A stretch of 64,000 nt of DNA from Candidatus Altiarchaeota archaeon (GCA_043800705.1 JAZDMS010000023.1:1-64000), one strand, 5' to 3'. Shown: positions 49,150 to 59,436, counted from the stretch's first letter. Made by a program: numbers and translations. Notes: a model not told the origin generated them from the letters alone.

Positions 49150-50439
49150 TCACCAGCAGAGTCCCTCGTATTCCACGCCCTTAGGCAGGAGATCCCTGTT
49201 TACGATGTGCCGTGAGTCGAAGACCCTCTTATGCCTCATGTTCGACACGTCCAGGGTCTTGAACTCGTCCCACTCGGTCATGACGACGGCCAGGTCGGCG
49301 TCCTTCAACGCCTCCTTCATAGAATGGCAGTAATGTATCCCAGCCCCAAAGACCTTCCTCGCGTTCTCGGCGGCCTTGGGGTCGTATGCCGCGACCTTCG
49401 CGCCCTCCCCCAGGAGGCTTTCGACTATCGGTATCGCCGGGCTTTCGCGCATGTCGTCGGTGTTCGCCTTGAAGGCGAGGCCGAGGACCGCGACCTTCGC
49501 GCCCTTGAGCCTATACCTCTCCCTGAGCATGTCCATCATGACCTTCGGCTGCAGCTCGTTGACTTTGAGGACGCTGTCCAGGAGGATGGTCTCCACGCCC
49601 ACGTCGCAGGCCTTGTGGACGAGTGCCTTCACGTCCTTGGGGAAGCAGCTGCCCCCGAAGCCGGGGCCTGCAGAGATGAAATGGGGGCCGATGCGGTGGT
49701 CGAGGCCTATTCCCCTGGAGACGTCGTATACGTCGACTCCGAGCTTTTTGCAGATGTTGCCGACTTCGTTGATGAACGAGATCTTCGTTGCTAGCATGCT
49801 GTTGGCGGTGTATTTTATCATCTCCGCGGTCTTCAGGTTGACTCTCAGCACCGGCGCCTTGAACTTGTAGTAGAGCCCTTCGACCGCGTCGCCGGATTTC
49901 TCGTCGATGGAGCCGATGACTATCCTGTCGGGGTTCATGAAGTCCTCGATGGCGACTCCCTCCCTCAGGAATTCGGGGTTCATGACGACCCCGAAGTCTT
50001 TGCCCGCCTTTTTTCCGGATTCCTTCTCGAGTGCGGGGATGACGTGGTCCTCAGTGGACCCGGGTATGATGGTGCTTTTCACGACTACCACATGGTAGTC
50101 TTTTTTCTTTTTGAGTATTTTCCCGAGCTGGGCGCTCACTTCCTTGACATATCTCAGGTTGATGCTGCCGTCGTCGTCGGACGGGGTTCCGACGCAGATG
50201 AACGTGATGTCAGTCTTCAGGACGCTCCCCTCAAGGTCCAACGTGGCCTTCAGGGATCCGGGGACGACGTGGTCGAGTATCTCCTTCAGCCCCTTCTCGT
50301 ATATGGGCGGCTTCTTGGTGTTTATCATGTCGACTTTGTCCTTGTCTATGTCGACGCACAGGACCTCGTAGCCCTTTTCTGCGAAGCCAGCAGCGGTTAT
50401 AAGGCCCACGTAGCCGGAACCCACGACCGATATCCTCAT
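49150..50439 (-). CDS. ugd: UDP-glucose/GDP-mannose 6-dehydrogenase family protein
   Basis: GSGYVG, CVGTP, NPEFLREG, GFGGSCFPKD and FKANTDDMRES motifs. Confidence 0.9.
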   Translation of the reverse strand: MRISVVGSGYVGLITAAGFAEKGYEVLCVDIDKDKVDMINTKKPPIYEKGLKEILDHVVPGSLKATLDLEGSVLKTDITFICVGTPSDDDGSINLRYVKEVSAQLGKILKKKKDYHVVVVKSTIIPGSTEDHVIPALEKESGKKAGKDFGVVMNPEFLREGVAIEDFMNPDRIVIGSIDEKSGDAVEGLYYKFKAPVLRVNLKTAEMIKYTANSMLATKISFINEVGNICKKLGVDVYDVSRGIGLDHRIGPHFISAGPGFGGSCFPKDVKALVHKACDVGVETILLDSVLKVNELQPKVMMDMLRERYRLKGAKVAVLGLAFKANTDDMRESPAIPIVESLLGEGAKVAAYDPKAAENARKVFGAGIHYCHSMKEALKDADLAVVMTEWDEFKTLDVSNMRHKRVFDSRHIVNRDLLPKGVEYEGLCW

Positions 50440-50507
50440 GGAGTAGACTATTGGGTGAAAGGTTAAAAACGTGGTTTTTTTAGTACAGAAACGGATATCC
50501 TAAGGCC

Positions 50508-50960
50508 ATGACAAAGATTGACGATGTCGATTTGAGGCTTCTTAAGGAGCTGCAGAAGGACGGCAGAAAGAGCTTCCGCGAGATTGCGGAAAAGCTCGAC
50601 GTGGCCGAAGGCACGGTCTACAACCGCGTCAACAAACTCAAGGAGGAGGGCGTCATAAAGAACTTCATAGTCGACATCGACTATTCCAAGCTCGGATACG
50701 ACCTCACGACCGTGATAGGGGTGAGGGTCAGGGGCGGGCATCTGCCGGAGATAGAGGAGAAGATCGCGAAGGAGAAGTGCGTCACCGCAGTCTACGACAT
50801 CACAGGCGAATACGACGCCATCGTTGTCGCGAAGTTCCCCGGCCGCGACGAGCTCAACAAGCTCGTGAAGAAGATCAACTCCATCGACAACGTGGAGCGG
50901 ACCTATACGATGGTCGTCCTCAACGTGCTGAAAGAGCAGCACGGCGTCGAACTCAACTGA
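50508..50960 (+). CDS. Lrp/AsnC family transcriptional regulator
   Basis: DDVDLRLLKELQKDGR HTH and ITGEYD RAM-domain motif. Confidence 0.95.
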   Translation: MTKIDDVDLRLLKELQKDGRKSFREIAEKLDVAEGTVYNRVNKLKEEGVIKNFIVDIDYSKLGYDLTTVIGVRVRGGHLPEIEEKIAKEKCVTAVYDITGEYDAIVVAKFPGRDELNKLVKKINSIDNVERTYTMVVLNVLKEQHGVELN

Positions 50961-51011
50961 ACCTCATGGACTTCCGGGCTAGTTCTTATTGACGCAGATA
51001 TATTGGTTAAC

Positions 51012-51380
51012 ATGGCTTCTTACGGGGCGCTGCCCCTCAAATGGGGGCTGGCATTGGGCCTTCTGGTGTTGTTGGCGGTTTTAGCCTACCAGTCATTCTA
51101 TAAGGATGACAACCCTCATCCCTGCACTTTGGACTCCGACTGCATGATGACGCGTTTCAACTGCAAAAGCAGGACGGAGAACTATTTGGAGACGAGGATA
51201 GTCTACAGCAACGGCTTCTCGAATCCGGTCTGCAAATGCATCCAGCGCGAATGCCTTACGTTATCGTTGGACAAGGAAGGGAAATACGGGGTACGTGTGG
51301 ATAAGGGCCATATGGAGTATGTCGAGGCGGGGCGGCTTCAGTCCGTCATGAACAGGACAGTGATGGATCTGAACAGGTGA
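51012..51380 (+). CDS. Small membrane-anchored Cys-rich protein
   Basis: TM helix followed by CTLDSDC...CKCIQREC. Confidence 0.6.
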   Translation: MASYGALPLKWGLALGLLVLLAVLAYQSFYKDDNPHPCTLDSDCMMTRFNCKSRTENYLETRIVYSNGFSNPVCKCIQRECLTLSLDKEGKYGVRVDKGHMEYVEAGRLQSVMNRTVMDLNR

Positions 51381-51481
51381 CTCATCACGCGCTGGCGGAT
51401 TCCCAAAACGAATCTAGTCGGGCGAATTACTACTTTTGACTAGACTCCTTTTTATCCCACCTTTATCCTGTCCTTTTTAGG

Positions 51482-51715
51482 ATGGTCGAGACGTTCGCGA
51501 CTTCGCAGTACGAGGAGAAGTTTTTTGGGAACCTCACGCTCGCCCAGAGCCTGATGATGCTGGCTCTGTCAGTCCCCGGGGTCTTCATGGCTGCCAAAGG
51601 ATTCTCCGCCCCCATCATACTCGGCTACGGCGGATTCTGCGTCGTTGCATATGCGAGGCTGATTACCTTCGGCGAGGACCGAAGACGCAAGTCTTTCTAT
51701 TGGCCAGTGGGTTAG
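51482..51715 (+). pseudogene. Truncated duplicate of the 5' end of the VirB4-like gene (or a stand-alone PrgI-like small membrane protein)
   Basis: First 58 codons align without gaps to 54498-54671 (11 mismatches by manual count), then diverge and stop. Confidence 0.7.
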
Positions 51716-51786
51716 TCGGGGGCACAAAACCCTCAAACAGCCGCATTGGATAAGACAAGGTCCCGGCCTGTGGGGAGACAGAATAC

Positions 51787-52206
51787 TCACTTGAATATGT
51801 CCCGCCCGCTCTTCAAATATCTCTCTTTCTGTATTACGTCCTTCACCCTGTTCACGAGGTCGTCGTTGTCATACGGCTTTGTAATGTAGTCTTCTGAGCC
51901 TATCGCCCCCATCTTCTGGCTTAAGTCGTCAGTTTTGGCGGTTAAATAGACTATCGGTATACCCTTCATTACAGGGTCTTCCTTCATCTTAGACGCTACT
52001 GTCCACCCGTCCATCTCAGGCATCATAACATCCAATAATACGATGTCCGGCGGTGACTCAAGCATCGCCTCCAGCGCCTTTTTACCGGACGTCAATCCAA
52101 TCACTTCAAGTTTAGGCTCCCTTTTTTTAAAGGCTGACTTAACACTCGCGACTATGTCCTCGTTGTCGTCCACAACCATAACCTTACCGTCCATAAAATC
52201 CACCAT
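51787..52206 (-). CDS. Single-domain response regulator (receiver)
   Basis: VVDD, LLDVMMPEMDG, LTAK and KP motifs. Confidence 0.93.
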   Translation of the reverse strand: MVDFMDGKVMVVDDNEDIVASVKSAFKKREPKLEVIGLTSGKKALEAMLESPPDIVLLDVMMPEMDGWTVASKMKEDPVMKGIPIVYLTAKTDDLSQKMGAIGSEDYITKPYDNDDLVNRVKDVIQKERYLKSGRDIFK

Positions 52207-52242
52207 TCAATGCTATTATCAATTTAATTATACCCCTATATA

Positions 52243-54195
52243 TCACATGGGAAGTGTGAATTTAACAGTAAGGCCCTTCCCAAGGCCATCGCTTTCAACC
52301 CAAATCATCCCTCCGTGTTTTTCTATGATGCGCTTGCATATGGCCAAGCCGAGTCCTGCCGAATGATTATGTCTGCTTGAGTCGACCTGGTAGAATTCGC
52401 TGAAAAGGAATTTAATTTTGTCTTTTTCGACACCTATCCCCCCATCCGACACGCTCACCTCGACTTTTCCCTCTCTCACAACCGCCTGGAAGCTTATGTT
52501 CCCGCCTTCCGGCATGAATTTCAGGGAGTTATTTACAATGTTGTTGAACACCTCGACAATCCTTAGCCTGTCGGCCACAACGGCAGGTATGCCCTCTGGG
52601 ATTCTGTCAACGAATCTTATGTTGGTGTCCCTGAACGCTTTTTCATTGTTTGTTATCACCTCCTCGACCACTTCGCGAAGACTCATGGGTCTCATATTGA
52701 ATTTCACAGAACCCGAGTCGAGCCTGGCTAAATCAAGGGTGCTCACCACCAGGTCCCTCATGTAGTAGATGTTCTTCATCGCAATCTCGAATAGCCTCCT
52801 ATCCTCCTCGCCATCCAGTTTCGTCTTCAGGTCCGGGAGAATCGATATCAGCGGGGTCAACGGCGTCCGCAGGTCGTGGCTCAGCTGGTTAACGAACTGG
52901 GTCTTCGTGTCCAAGAGTTCCTGAACCCGGTTCTTCTCCACCTCAAGCTGTTTGGTGCGTTCAACAACCCTCTCCTCGAGTTTTTCCGTATACTCCTGTA
53001 TCTTATCCTCCTTCTCCCTCAGTTCGGTGAAGTCCTCTATCGTCTCGATTACCGCCATCAACCCATCCTGGGGATCCCGTATGGGCGCAGCCGTGAATGA
53101 CAGATACTTTGCCCCCTTCATCCTCCAGCCTTCGGCGTGGTATGCCCCCTGGATGAGCTTTGATTTACTGTGGTTCTCATACAACGCAGGTATCCTCCCC
53201 ACATCACCGTCTACTAACACGTCAGCCAAGGTCGGGTGATATTCCCCATAGAAGGGCATCCAATGGTTGCATGTGCCGATTATGTCTCCCTTCTTCAAAC
53301 CGGTTAACTCCTCCATGGCATTGTTCCAGAACATCACCCTATGCCTCCCATCTATGACGAACAAGGGGATGCTTGAGCAATTAATCACCATCCTGGTCAG
53401 CTCCTCCGCAGCCTTCCTCTCCGTTATATCCTGCACTAGCCCGTCATAGGATATGATATTCCCCCCGCCGTCAAGGTGTTGTACCGCCGTGTTCCTAATC
53501 CATCTGATTCTCCCATCTTTTCGCACGATGCGGTGTTCCAAGGGCTTAACTATCTCCCCCGATACAATCCGGCTACTGTATTCCCTCACACTCTCCCTTT
53601 CCTCCTCAGGCACCATCTGTATCCAAAGGTACGGGTTCTCCATGAACTCGTCGGCCGTATAACCCGTGACTGCGACCGAGGCGTGGCCATGGATTGTCTC
53701 AACCGGCCTGCCCCCTTCAACAACCACGGTGTATATGTAGTCTGTAACTGACTCTATGATGTGCCTGTATCTCTCCTCGCTTTCTTGGATTTCCCTGCTC
53801 AATACACCCTCGACGTCCCTCTGGGTTATGATTCCGGCAATCCTCCCGTCTTCGACTATGGGCAGCCTCCTGAAACCCCCCTCAGACATTATCCTGGATG
53901 CTTCGCTGATTGTGGTATCCGGGTTGACTGTCACCACCGGAGACTTCATCACATCCCCTGCCTTCACCTCGGACGGATTTTTGTTCTCCGCGACTATTTT
54001 ATCTGAAAGGTCCCTCTCAGTCAATATCCCCAAAATCCTCCCGCCTGAGGCGACGATGACAGACCCGATGTTTTTATCAGACATCAGTTTCGCAGCTTCC
54101 TGGACGCAGGATCCAGACTCGACAGTGTAGACATTATGCGACATAATGTCCCCAACGACCTTAAAAAACCCCGCCCTTTTACTGATACTGTCCAA
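52243..54195 (-). CDS. Sensor histidine kinase, CBS-CBS-PAS-PAS-HisKA-HATPase, cytoplasmic
   Basis: CBS pair, PAS/PAC motifs, SHDLRTPL H-box, NNSLKF, DGGIG and GLGLAI; start uncertain (54195 TTG or 54144). Confidence 0.92.
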   Translation of the reverse strand: MDSISKRAGFFKVVGDIMSHNVYTVESGSCVQEAAKLMSDKNIGSVIVASGGRILGILTERDLSDKIVAENKNPSEVKAGDVMKSPVVTVNPDTTISEASRIMSEGGFRRLPIVEDGRIAGIITQRDVEGVLSREIQESEERYRHIIESVTDYIYTVVVEGGRPVETIHGHASVAVTGYTADEFMENPYLWIQMVPEEERESVREYSSRIVSGEIVKPLEHRIVRKDGRIRWIRNTAVQHLDGGGNIISYDGLVQDITERKAAEELTRMVINCSSIPLFVIDGRHRVMFWNNAMEELTGLKKGDIIGTCNHWMPFYGEYHPTLADVLVDGDVGRIPALYENHSKSKLIQGAYHAEGWRMKGAKYLSFTAAPIRDPQDGLMAVIETIEDFTELREKEDKIQEYTEKLEERVVERTKQLEVEKNRVQELLDTKTQFVNQLSHDLRTPLTPLISILPDLKTKLDGEEDRRLFEIAMKNIYYMRDLVVSTLDLARLDSGSVKFNMRPMSLREVVEEVITNNEKAFRDTNIRFVDRIPEGIPAVVADRLRIVEVFNNIVNNSLKFMPEGGNISFQAVVREGKVEVSVSDGGIGVEKDKIKFLFSEFYQVDSSRHNHSAGLGLAICKRIIEKHGGMIWVESDGLGKGLTVKFTLPM

Positions 54196-54497
54196 GCAGA
54201 CCCCCTATGGATAATAATCAACGGTGAGTGATAAAAACCAAAATACTCCGACATGCCCTCACTTGTAACGTGCATAACCTGGCCCTGCTGAAGTCTAGAC
54301 CATGAATATAGCCCCGCCTTTCTTCTTCAAGCCGTCGACGGTTACAGTACGGGCTAAATCATCCCTACTTTTGGCCGCAGTATCTGATTTTTTCCCATAT
54401 TCCTGTAAAAGAATAATGCCGTGCGGTGTCCGCTCTATTACTACCTTTTACTGCACCTTTTTTTAACCTATTGGGCAGGTATCCTCTTGGGATCGGG

Positions 54498-57400
54498 ATG
54501 GTTGAGACGTTCGCGACTTCGCAATACACGGAGAAGTTTTTTGGGAACCTCACGCTCGCCCAGAGCCTGATGATGCTGGTTCTGGCCGTCCCCGGGGTCT
54601 TCATGGCAGCCAAGGGATTCTCCGCCCCCATCATACTCGGCTACGGCGGATTCTGCGTCGTTGCATACGCCGGCATCGCATTCTACGGCCTCGACGAGCA
54701 GGCGCTGCTTTGGCTCGGGTTCGCCTCGTCGAGGAGGAGGCTCCTTTGGAAGACGAAGGAGATGGAGGAGTTCATCGGCGTACAGGACATAGACACAAAC
54801 GTGGTGTTCACTAGGGACGGCCGGCTCCTATCTGTCGTGAAGGTTCTGCCGAAGGATCTCGGAGGCCTCGGGGAATCCGACATAGAGCGCGTTCTTGCGG
54901 GATATGGCGTGTTCCTCAACGAATTGAGCACGAACATCCAGATCATCATGTCCTCGACGGAGATAGACGTCGAAGGCTACCTCCAGAGGCTGAAGGAGAA
55001 GGTGCTCCTTTGCGGGAAGCCTCAGCGGCTTGCGTACTTCGAGCACTTCGCATCCTTCATGCGCGCCGTGGTGGAGTGCAAGACCGTCACCGACAGGGAC
55101 TATTACATTGTCGTCACCCAGCCTGAAGCCCGCGATCGGAGACGGGCGCTGGAGGACCTGGACACGAAGACCCGCAACATCGTCGCATCACTGGCGGATG
55201 CGGGCATCGACTGCGAAAGGCTCGAAACCGAAGCCCTCATCAGCTTCTTCACCAACTTCTACACCCCGAGATTCAGCCTCATTGGCGACCCATGGACTGC
55301 AGTGACCTTCCACGACAATGTCCGGGGGATGCTGGAGGCGGAGTCGTACCTGGAGCCGTTCAAGGCAGGGCGGCGTTTTACGCGCGGCGGCAGGGACTTT
55401 ACCCGAACGCCGAGGGAGCGGAGGACATCCGTGATCGAGGAGCTGATGCCCTCGTCTGTCGACATATTCAAGGACCATGCCGAGGTGGAGAAGTTCCACA
55501 GAGTCCTCTTCACTGTCCGGTTCCCAGCCTCAGTCCACCCGGGCTGGCTGACGAAACTCATACGGCAGCCCATAGACTTCGACATAGTCTTCCACATACA
55601 CCCCCTCAGCCAGAAGACCAGCGTCGACTACCTCCAGCACGAGATAACGAAGCTGGAGACGGACGTCACCACCAAGGAAAGGGAGGGCCTCATCGTCGCC
55701 GAGCGCGACAGGGTCAACCTGCAGCGGGTGAGGGACCTCCTCGGCAGGGTGTCGCGCGACGAGGAGAAATGCTTCGACGTCGCCCTCTACGTCAACGTCA
55801 AGGCCTACACGCTCAAGGAGTTGGACCTTGCGGTGATGCGGATCAAGGACGTCATCGAGGGGATGAACGCCCATGTGAAGGTGGCCAACTGGGAGATGGC
55901 GGACGCGCTCAGAAGCTGCTTCCCCCTGGCCGAGGACAGGCTCGGCGAACGCAGGGACAAGCTTTTTCCATCCAGCGCCGTAAGGGACTCCTATCCGTTC
56001 ATCCTCTCCAGCCTCGAAGACCGGGGACATGGAGCGGTCGTCGCGGGATACAACCAACTCAACGGGATACCCGTTCTCCTTGACATTTTCCGGCAGCCGA
56101 ATCCACACGTCCTGGTCCTCGGAAGCTCGGGCAGCGGCAAGTCCTTCCTAGTGAAGAAGCTAGTCCTGGCCGAGGCGATGCAGGACGTCGACATATTCGT
56201 CATCGACCCCCAGGGCGAATACGAGAAGGCGATATCGGCGATGGGCGGCCACGTCATACGCCTGGCCCAAGACTCCCCCTCAGTCATCAACCTCTTCGAC
56301 ATAATGGGGGGGACATACGACGAGCGCAAAGGCAGCATAAAGGCGTTCTTCAACATCATCCGCCAGGACATGGATGATAATCTGGCGGGATCTGCGGTCG
56401 GGATAGTCGACAAGATGATAGACAACGCCTACCGGAAGGCGGGGATATACGCCGACGACCCGTCGACGTGGGATCGGCCTGCGCCCACTTTCAGCGACGC
56501 ATACCAGGCCCTAAGCCAGTTCGCTTCGGAGTCGAGCTCGAACGCGGAAAAGTGGAAGAAGACCGCTGCGGAGGCGCTCCTTTCGCATCTGAGTCCGTTC
56601 GTCCATGGAGACCTCCGCTACCTCGACCGGGCAACGAGCGTCGATCTGAGGGGGAAAAACATCATCTCCTTCGACATTTCACAGGCCAGCCCGTTCAAGC
56701 CCCGCGAGAGGGCTCTTGCGCTCTTCATAGTATTCGACCACATATATTCCCACGTCAGAAGGCAGGAGAGGCTAAGGAGGAAGATGGTAGTCGTCGACGA
56801 GGCGTGGAGCGTCTTCGAAAACAACCAGGACGACCTCGGCCCGATAGTCCGCACAGGCCGCAAAGACAACCTGTCCGTCGTGATGATAGACCAGAACGTC
56901 GAAGACCTGCTCACAAAGGACGGGGACGGACGGGCCAGGGGGCACGTCATCCTCAACAACACCTCGACGAAGTTTATCCTCCGGCAGGAGGCTGCATGCC
57001 TGACGCTCGTGTCCGAGAAGTTCGCGCTGACGGAGAGCCAGAAGGCGTTCATCCAGACTGCAGGCCCGGGCGACGTGCTCCTGCTGACGCCTTCCGTGAA
57101 GCTCCCCCTGTTTGTGCTCGCCAGCCAGGAGGAGAAGAAGATGCTGTCCACAAGCCCGGAAGAGCACGCCAAGCAGCATGCGCCGAAGGAGTTGTCCGAA
57201 TTCGACAAGTCGAAGGACCTGGTCCTGCCGCAGCGCATCCTCTCAAACGAGGAGATGCGGCGGCTCAGGGCTGAAGGATACGTCCAGGTCGCAGACGCAG
57301 GCCTTGGCGTTGAGCCTTCCGTATACTTCGTCAAGGGGCAGGAGGGCGAGAATCCCCTCCATGCCCTGCGGAAAATACTGATATTCAAGGAGATCGAACG

Positions 57401-57740
57401 CCTGAGGAAACTGACGGGAATCCCGTCAGAAGAGCTGAACCTGAGGATGCACTCCCGGCTCATGCCGGACCTCACAGTCTGCCTCCCCGGCGGCTTTGCC
57501 GCCGCGATAGAGGTACTTGAGGCCGATGACTTCGAAACAGGGAACGCCGACTCGGACAACAAGATAAGACGGCTGGGAAACTACTCCAAAACCGTGCTTA
57601 TAGCCTTGGACGAAGATGTCAAGGCGGCGGCGGCATCAAGGGGGTATGGGGACGTCATTTTGTCTCATCAGGCGGTATCCGCCTTGGAGGACCTGTTCGG
57701 GGTGGGGAAAGCGCATGGAACCAGAGAAGCTACTGGATGA
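54498..57740 (+). CDS. VirB4-like ATPase with N-terminal PrgI-like TM region and C-terminal PD-(D/E)xK-like domain
   Basis: Two N-terminal TM helices; NPHVLVLGSSGSGKS, IDPQGEY, VVDEAW and GRK motifs; tail MPDL...AAIEV. Confidence 0.8.
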   Translation: MVETFATSQYTEKFFGNLTLAQSLMMLVLAVPGVFMAAKGFSAPIILGYGGFCVVAYAGIAFYGLDEQALLWLGFASSRRRLLWKTKEMEEFIGVQDIDTNVVFTRDGRLLSVVKVLPKDLGGLGESDIERVLAGYGVFLNELSTNIQIIMSSTEIDVEGYLQRLKEKVLLCGKPQRLAYFEHFASFMRAVVECKTVTDRDYYIVVTQPEARDRRRALEDLDTKTRNIVASLADAGIDCERLETEALISFFTNFYTPRFSLIGDPWTAVTFHDNVRGMLEAESYLEPFKAGRRFTRGGRDFTRTPRERRTSVIEELMPSSVDIFKDHAEVEKFHRVLFTVRFPASVHPGWLTKLIRQPIDFDIVFHIHPLSQKTSVDYLQHEITKLETDVTTKEREGLIVAERDRVNLQRVRDLLGRVSRDEEKCFDVALYVNVKAYTLKELDLAVMRIKDVIEGMNAHVKVANWEMADALRSCFPLAEDRLGERRDKLFPSSAVRDSYPFILSSLEDRGHGAVVAGYNQLNGIPVLLDIFRQPNPHVLVLGSSGSGKSFLVKKLVLAEAMQDVDIFVIDPQGEYEKAISAMGGHVIRLAQDSPSVINLFDIMGGTYDERKGSIKAFFNIIRQDMDDNLAGSAVGIVDKMIDNAYRKAGIYADDPSTWDRPAPTFSDAYQALSQFASESSSNAEKWKKTAAEALLSHLSPFVHGDLRYLDRATSVDLRGKNIISFDISQASPFKPRERALALFIVFDHIYSHVRRQERLRRKMVVVDEAWSVFENNQDDLGPIVRTGRKDNLSVVMIDQNVEDLLTKDGDGRARGHVILNNTSTKFILRQEAACLTLVSEKFALTESQKAFIQTAGPGDVLLLTPSVKLPLFVLASQEEKKMLSTSPEEHAKQHAPKELSEFDKSKDLVLPQRILSNEEMRRLRAEGYVQVADAGLGVEPSVYFVKGQEGENPLHALRKILIFKEIERLRKLTGIPSEELNLRMHSRLMPDLTVCLPGGFAAAIEVLEADDFETGNADSDNKIRRLGNYSKTVLIALDEDVKAAAASRGYGDVILSHQAVSALEDLFGVGKAHGTREATG

Positions 57741-58509
57741 ACTGTCGGCCTACTATTTCGGCCTCGGAAAGGAGGGACGGGGAGTCCTGAAGACGTTCGC
57801 ATGGATGATGTTCCTCGCCCTTCTGACCAACCTGGCCTCCCGCCTGCCCGCTAAAAAAGACGAGGACCACCTCAAGGTCGTCCTTGCGGAACCAGTCGGC
57901 GTCTGGGCCGACAGGCAGCGTATGAAGACTGTGACGCAACCGCAGGTGAAGACTGAGCCGCGCACACGGTCAGAGAAACTTACACTCTCCGCTTCCAAGG
58001 CTTTAAGAAAACTCAGCATCCCCCCCTTTAAGGTGAAAATTCCCGTCCGGCTGAAGACCGCGACCGCATATCCTCCGCCGATTGGTCAAAAGACGCCGGA
58101 TATGTCCAAATCCACACTGGGCGGACGCAACGGCGCATCGGAAACGGAACCGTTCGATCACCCCCCGTGCATGCCGGCGAATGCCGTCGCGGAGATCGAC
58201 TTCATACGGGCCGCAGAAAGGCGCGACATCATCGCATTGAAGGCCGCATTCGGGACCGTGCACGTCCCGTCGGATTCATATGATGAATCGGCGCGTCTCT
58301 TGGAAGCGCTGGGGCTGGAAGCCGCCGACTATCTGGCGCGGGTCCCACCCGGTGCGGACGGGTCGCCGTATCCGAGCGTCGACGCCGCTAAACGCCTCAG
58401 GGCGGTCGTCCTGTCTGACTCGCCGAACCTCGGGAGGATATGCGAAGCCGGCGGGATCGCAACATGGACCTCCCGGCAATGGAGGCTTCTGGCCCCGAAG
58501 CCATGCTAG
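57715..58509 (+). CDS. Hypothetical protein with TM segment and degenerate PIN-like C-terminal domain
   Basis: Overlaps the VirB4 stop; FGTVHVPSDSYDE and AVVLSDS..L..IC...GI resemble the PIN fold. Confidence 0.5.
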   Translation: MEPEKLLDELSAYYFGLGKEGRGVLKTFAWMMFLALLTNLASRLPAKKDEDHLKVVLAEPVGVWADRQRMKTVTQPQVKTEPRTRSEKLTLSASKALRKLSIPPFKVKIPVRLKTATAYPPPIGQKTPDMSKSTLGGRNGASETEPFDHPPCMPANAVAEIDFIRAAERRDIIALKAAFGTVHVPSDSYDESARLLEALGLEAADYLARVPPGADGSPYPSVDAAKRLRAVVLSDSPNLGRICEAGGIATWTSRQWRLLAPKPC

Positions 58510-58512
58510 ACA

Positions 58513-59436
58513 ATGGACCCAACGTTGAGGCAGCTCAGAGGACAGATCGGCTCGAGGATAGTCGGCAACGAAGAGGCCATAGAACACATCCTCATATGCC
58601 TCATCGCCCGCGGCCACCTGCTCCTGGAAAGCCCCCCGGGCCTCGGGAAAACGGAGATCTGCAAAAGCCTGGCTGAATCAGTGGATATGGGGTTCAAGAG
58701 GATACAGTGCACCCCGGACCTGACCCCGCAGGACATCATCGGGCAATCCCGCACAGACACGGAGACCGGCATGAGGACGCTGGACAAGGGCCCCCTTTTC
58801 ACCAACATCCTCCTGGTCGACGAGATCAACAGGGCCCAGCCGAAGACGCAGTCCGCATTCCTCGAGGCGATGGCTGAGGAGACTGTGACCAGCTACGGCA
58901 GATCATATCGGCTGCCGGAGCCCTTCATGGTCCTTGCCACCCAGAACCCTGTCGAATATGACGGGACATACCGCCTCCCCGAAGCGCAACAGGACAGGTT
59001 CCTGCTAAAATCCCACATGACCTATCTGGAAGGCGAGGACGAGAAGTCCGCGATCAAGGCGTCCATGTCCCGGCGGAAGGTGAAGCGGCTCTGCACCTCC
59101 CAGGACGTCATCGCTATGCAAAGGCATGCGGCGGAAACCGTGTCGGTGGAAGACCGTACCATGGACTACATAATCTCATTGGTCTCAGCGACGAGACACA
59201 GGAATGAGGTGATGGTGGGCGCAAGCACGAGGGCCGCCGTCTTGTACACGCAGGCTGCGAAGGCCCGCGCCTACATGGCGGGAAGGACGGAGGCCTGCTC
59301 AGACGACGTGAAGGCGCTGGCCCATCCGGTCCTTCGCCACAGGCTCCTCATGAACCCGGACGCAAAAAACTTCGGATACACGTCCGACGACCTCATAGAC
59401 GACATACTCCGAAAGACGAAATCCGGGGGTGAATAG
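58513..59436 (+). CDS. MoxR family AAA+ ATPase
   Basis: PGLGKT, RIQCTPDL.P.D, DEINRA.PKTQSA, ATQNP and LPEAQQDRF motifs. Confidence 0.93.
   Translation: MDPTLRQLRGQIGSRIVGNEEAIEHILICLIARGHLLLESPPGLGKTEICKSLAESVDMGFKRIQCTPDLTPQDIIGQSRTDTETGMRTLDKGPLFTNILLVDEINRAQPKTQSAFLEAMAEETVTSYGRSYRLPEPFMVLATQNPVEYDGTYRLPEAQQDRFLLKSHMTYLEGEDEKSAIKASMSRRKVKRLCTSQDVIAMQRHAAETVSVEDRTMDYIISLVSATRHRNEVMVGASTRAAVLYTQAAKARAYMAGRTEACSDDVKALAHPVLRHRLLMNPDAKNFGYTSDDLIDDILRKTKSGGE

Noticed and set aside
51482-54671. Diversity-generating retroelement TR/VR pair
   Set aside because: Mismatches are not adenine-specific, most changed codons are synonymous, and no reverse transcriptase was recognised.
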